Translations under genes and position numbers: made by a program
Shown here: piece after piece, positions 62,680 through 64,000 of the stretch
How the letters are laid out: each line of letters starts with the position of its first letter
How positions within the stretch are numbered: position 1 is the first letter of the stretch
Notes under the pieces: generated by a model
Seen by the model: only the letters and a program-made list of their open reading frames with translations
The model's database searches: none
Told to the model about the DNA's origin: nothing
NCBI GenBank assembly: GCA_034780895.1
Contig: JAUZTB010000027.1
Location: forward strand, 36,752,976-36,816,975
Reading direction: 5' to 3'
Length of the DNA stretch: 64,000 nt
DNA from: Rhynchobatus australiae
Taxonomy: Eukaryota

Positions 62680-63045
62680 ACTATAGCTCAAGCGCAGCAT
62701 TCTCACCTCAGAGTTGGAAGGTTACGTGGGCTGAAACGACAGTCCTTGGTTGAGGAAATGCGGCAGGCAGCACCATCATTTATTTCAGATGTTAAACCAA
62801 ACCGCTTCACCTCTCTTGGGTGGATGTAAAATCCCACGGTACCGTTTCAAAGAACTGCATGGATTTCTCTCCAGTGTCCTGACCAATACTTATCCCTTAA
62901 CCAAACCCAAAACACTTTCTACCTGCTTAGTATCAATTGTTGGCCCTCACTGTGTACAAGTTGGCTGTCACATTTATTACATTAACTGTATAAAGCCAAT
63001 AAAAGTTGTAGGGTCATCCGGAGGTCATTAAAAGGCAGTAAGGAA
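62680..63045 (+). mobile_element. Deu-domain SINE (SacSINE1/AmnSINE1-like)
   Basis: gatgttaaacc...gggtggatgtaaaatcccacggtacc...tctccagtgtcctgaccaatacttatcc resembles the Deu domain. Confidence 0.7.
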
Positions 63046-64000
63046 AATGCTAGCCAATCTTTCTTCTTCTTTCTCTTTGTATTTATAGAAATCCACTATT
63101 TATATAGCTCAGTTCTAAATGCAGAAATCAAACAAAACAGACTCTTTGCAGCTTAGTGCTCGTTGCTCTGCCAGTGACATCCACTTCCTGCGAATGGATA
63201 AACATAGTCAACTATCTGACCACACACAGAAATAGAGTATTCTTACAGCACAATCAAGATTTTTACCTGGTCCTCTTTTAAGCAGGGGAATTGTGTGCCC
63301 TAAACTATTAGTGGGTTGGAAAAACCTTCAGAGAAATTTGGAATATGCTTTGTTACATTACCCTTCAAAACCTTTTAAAACTCCAGAAAGTTGCTTATAG
63401 GCCTAAATTTAGGACAATAACAAAGTAGGTGGCTTGATATCCTCCCATTCTAGACAATTTCCTTCTCTATACTCCCTGAATAGATGATAACAGTTTAGCC
63501 CTTCAACAGCTGCACTGCAACATTTCATCCAATGGCTATTAGGTAGTTGAGTATGAGAGGGATAGTTAACTGCAGAAGCTATAAGTGCTTATACTGATTC
63601 CTGCACAAGTTTTCTGTTGGGATTTAAAGTGGGAACACCAACTTGTTTCTCTGCTTAACAGAGACACCAAGACCAATTACATACAGCCACTCAAATATAA
63701 ATACCTTTGTCCAACCTGGCACCTCCCCGAGTTGTACTGTTCAAAAGGTGAACAAGAGAAACACACTAAGCCATTTCTGAACCACCCTTGCGATAGTTTT
63801 GTTTTTAACTTTTATAATATGCCACATAACACTTCCAGGGGGTGGAGGGTAAAAAAAACATATTCTTTGAGGAATTGGTTCTTCTGTAAAGTACTGGATG
63901 GCTACATTGACTTTGGCTACATTGACTTCGGGAAGTCTTTTTTTTACAGAAGGCCAATGAGGAAAGACAGAACAAGACATTTCTATACTGAAGCGTGGAT

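Noticed and set aside
63900-63929. 15-bp tandem duplication ggctacattgactt(t/c)
   Set aside because: Ordinary slippage duplication with no further structure.
1-64000. A novel prokaryotic-type system (CRISPR array, defence operon, retron, etc.)
   Set aside because: The sequence is vertebrate intron-rich DNA with no operon-like ORFs or repeat-spacer arrays. All RT-like pieces are decayed LINE fragments.
34761-64000. Upstream MSVP-type first exon or exons of a neighbouring gene such as CFDP1
   Set aside because: No recognisable coding match and no second strong CpG island seen.

Overview
This window is vertebrate genomic DNA with many N gaps, not microbial sequence. The repeat content (CR1 LINEs, HE1/V-SINE-like and Deu-domain SINEs, Penelope-derived fragments, RTE LINEs) points to a cartilaginous fish, which is an inference. 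The only gene I can support is BCAR1 (p130Cas) on the minus strand. A short first coding exon, (M)MNYL, lies at 34331-34345 in a CpG-rich region. It is followed by a ~21.6 kb intron and a large second exon (11978-12700) encoding the SH3 domain and the start of the YxxP substrate domain. I could not find exon 3, so it probably lies left of the window or in a gap. The rest is intronic or upstream DNA full of decayed retroelements, and almost all ORFs in the track are spurious. I found no convincing new biological system. The best leads are an apparent tandem expansion of YQVP motifs in exon 2, inverted SINEs flanking this phase-0/0 exon, an unusually long ~56 bp duplication around one SINE, a Penelope-derived hairpin insertion and a few weak alternative-exon candidates. 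Repeat boundaries are approximate, and family names come from recalled consensus features rather than a database search.
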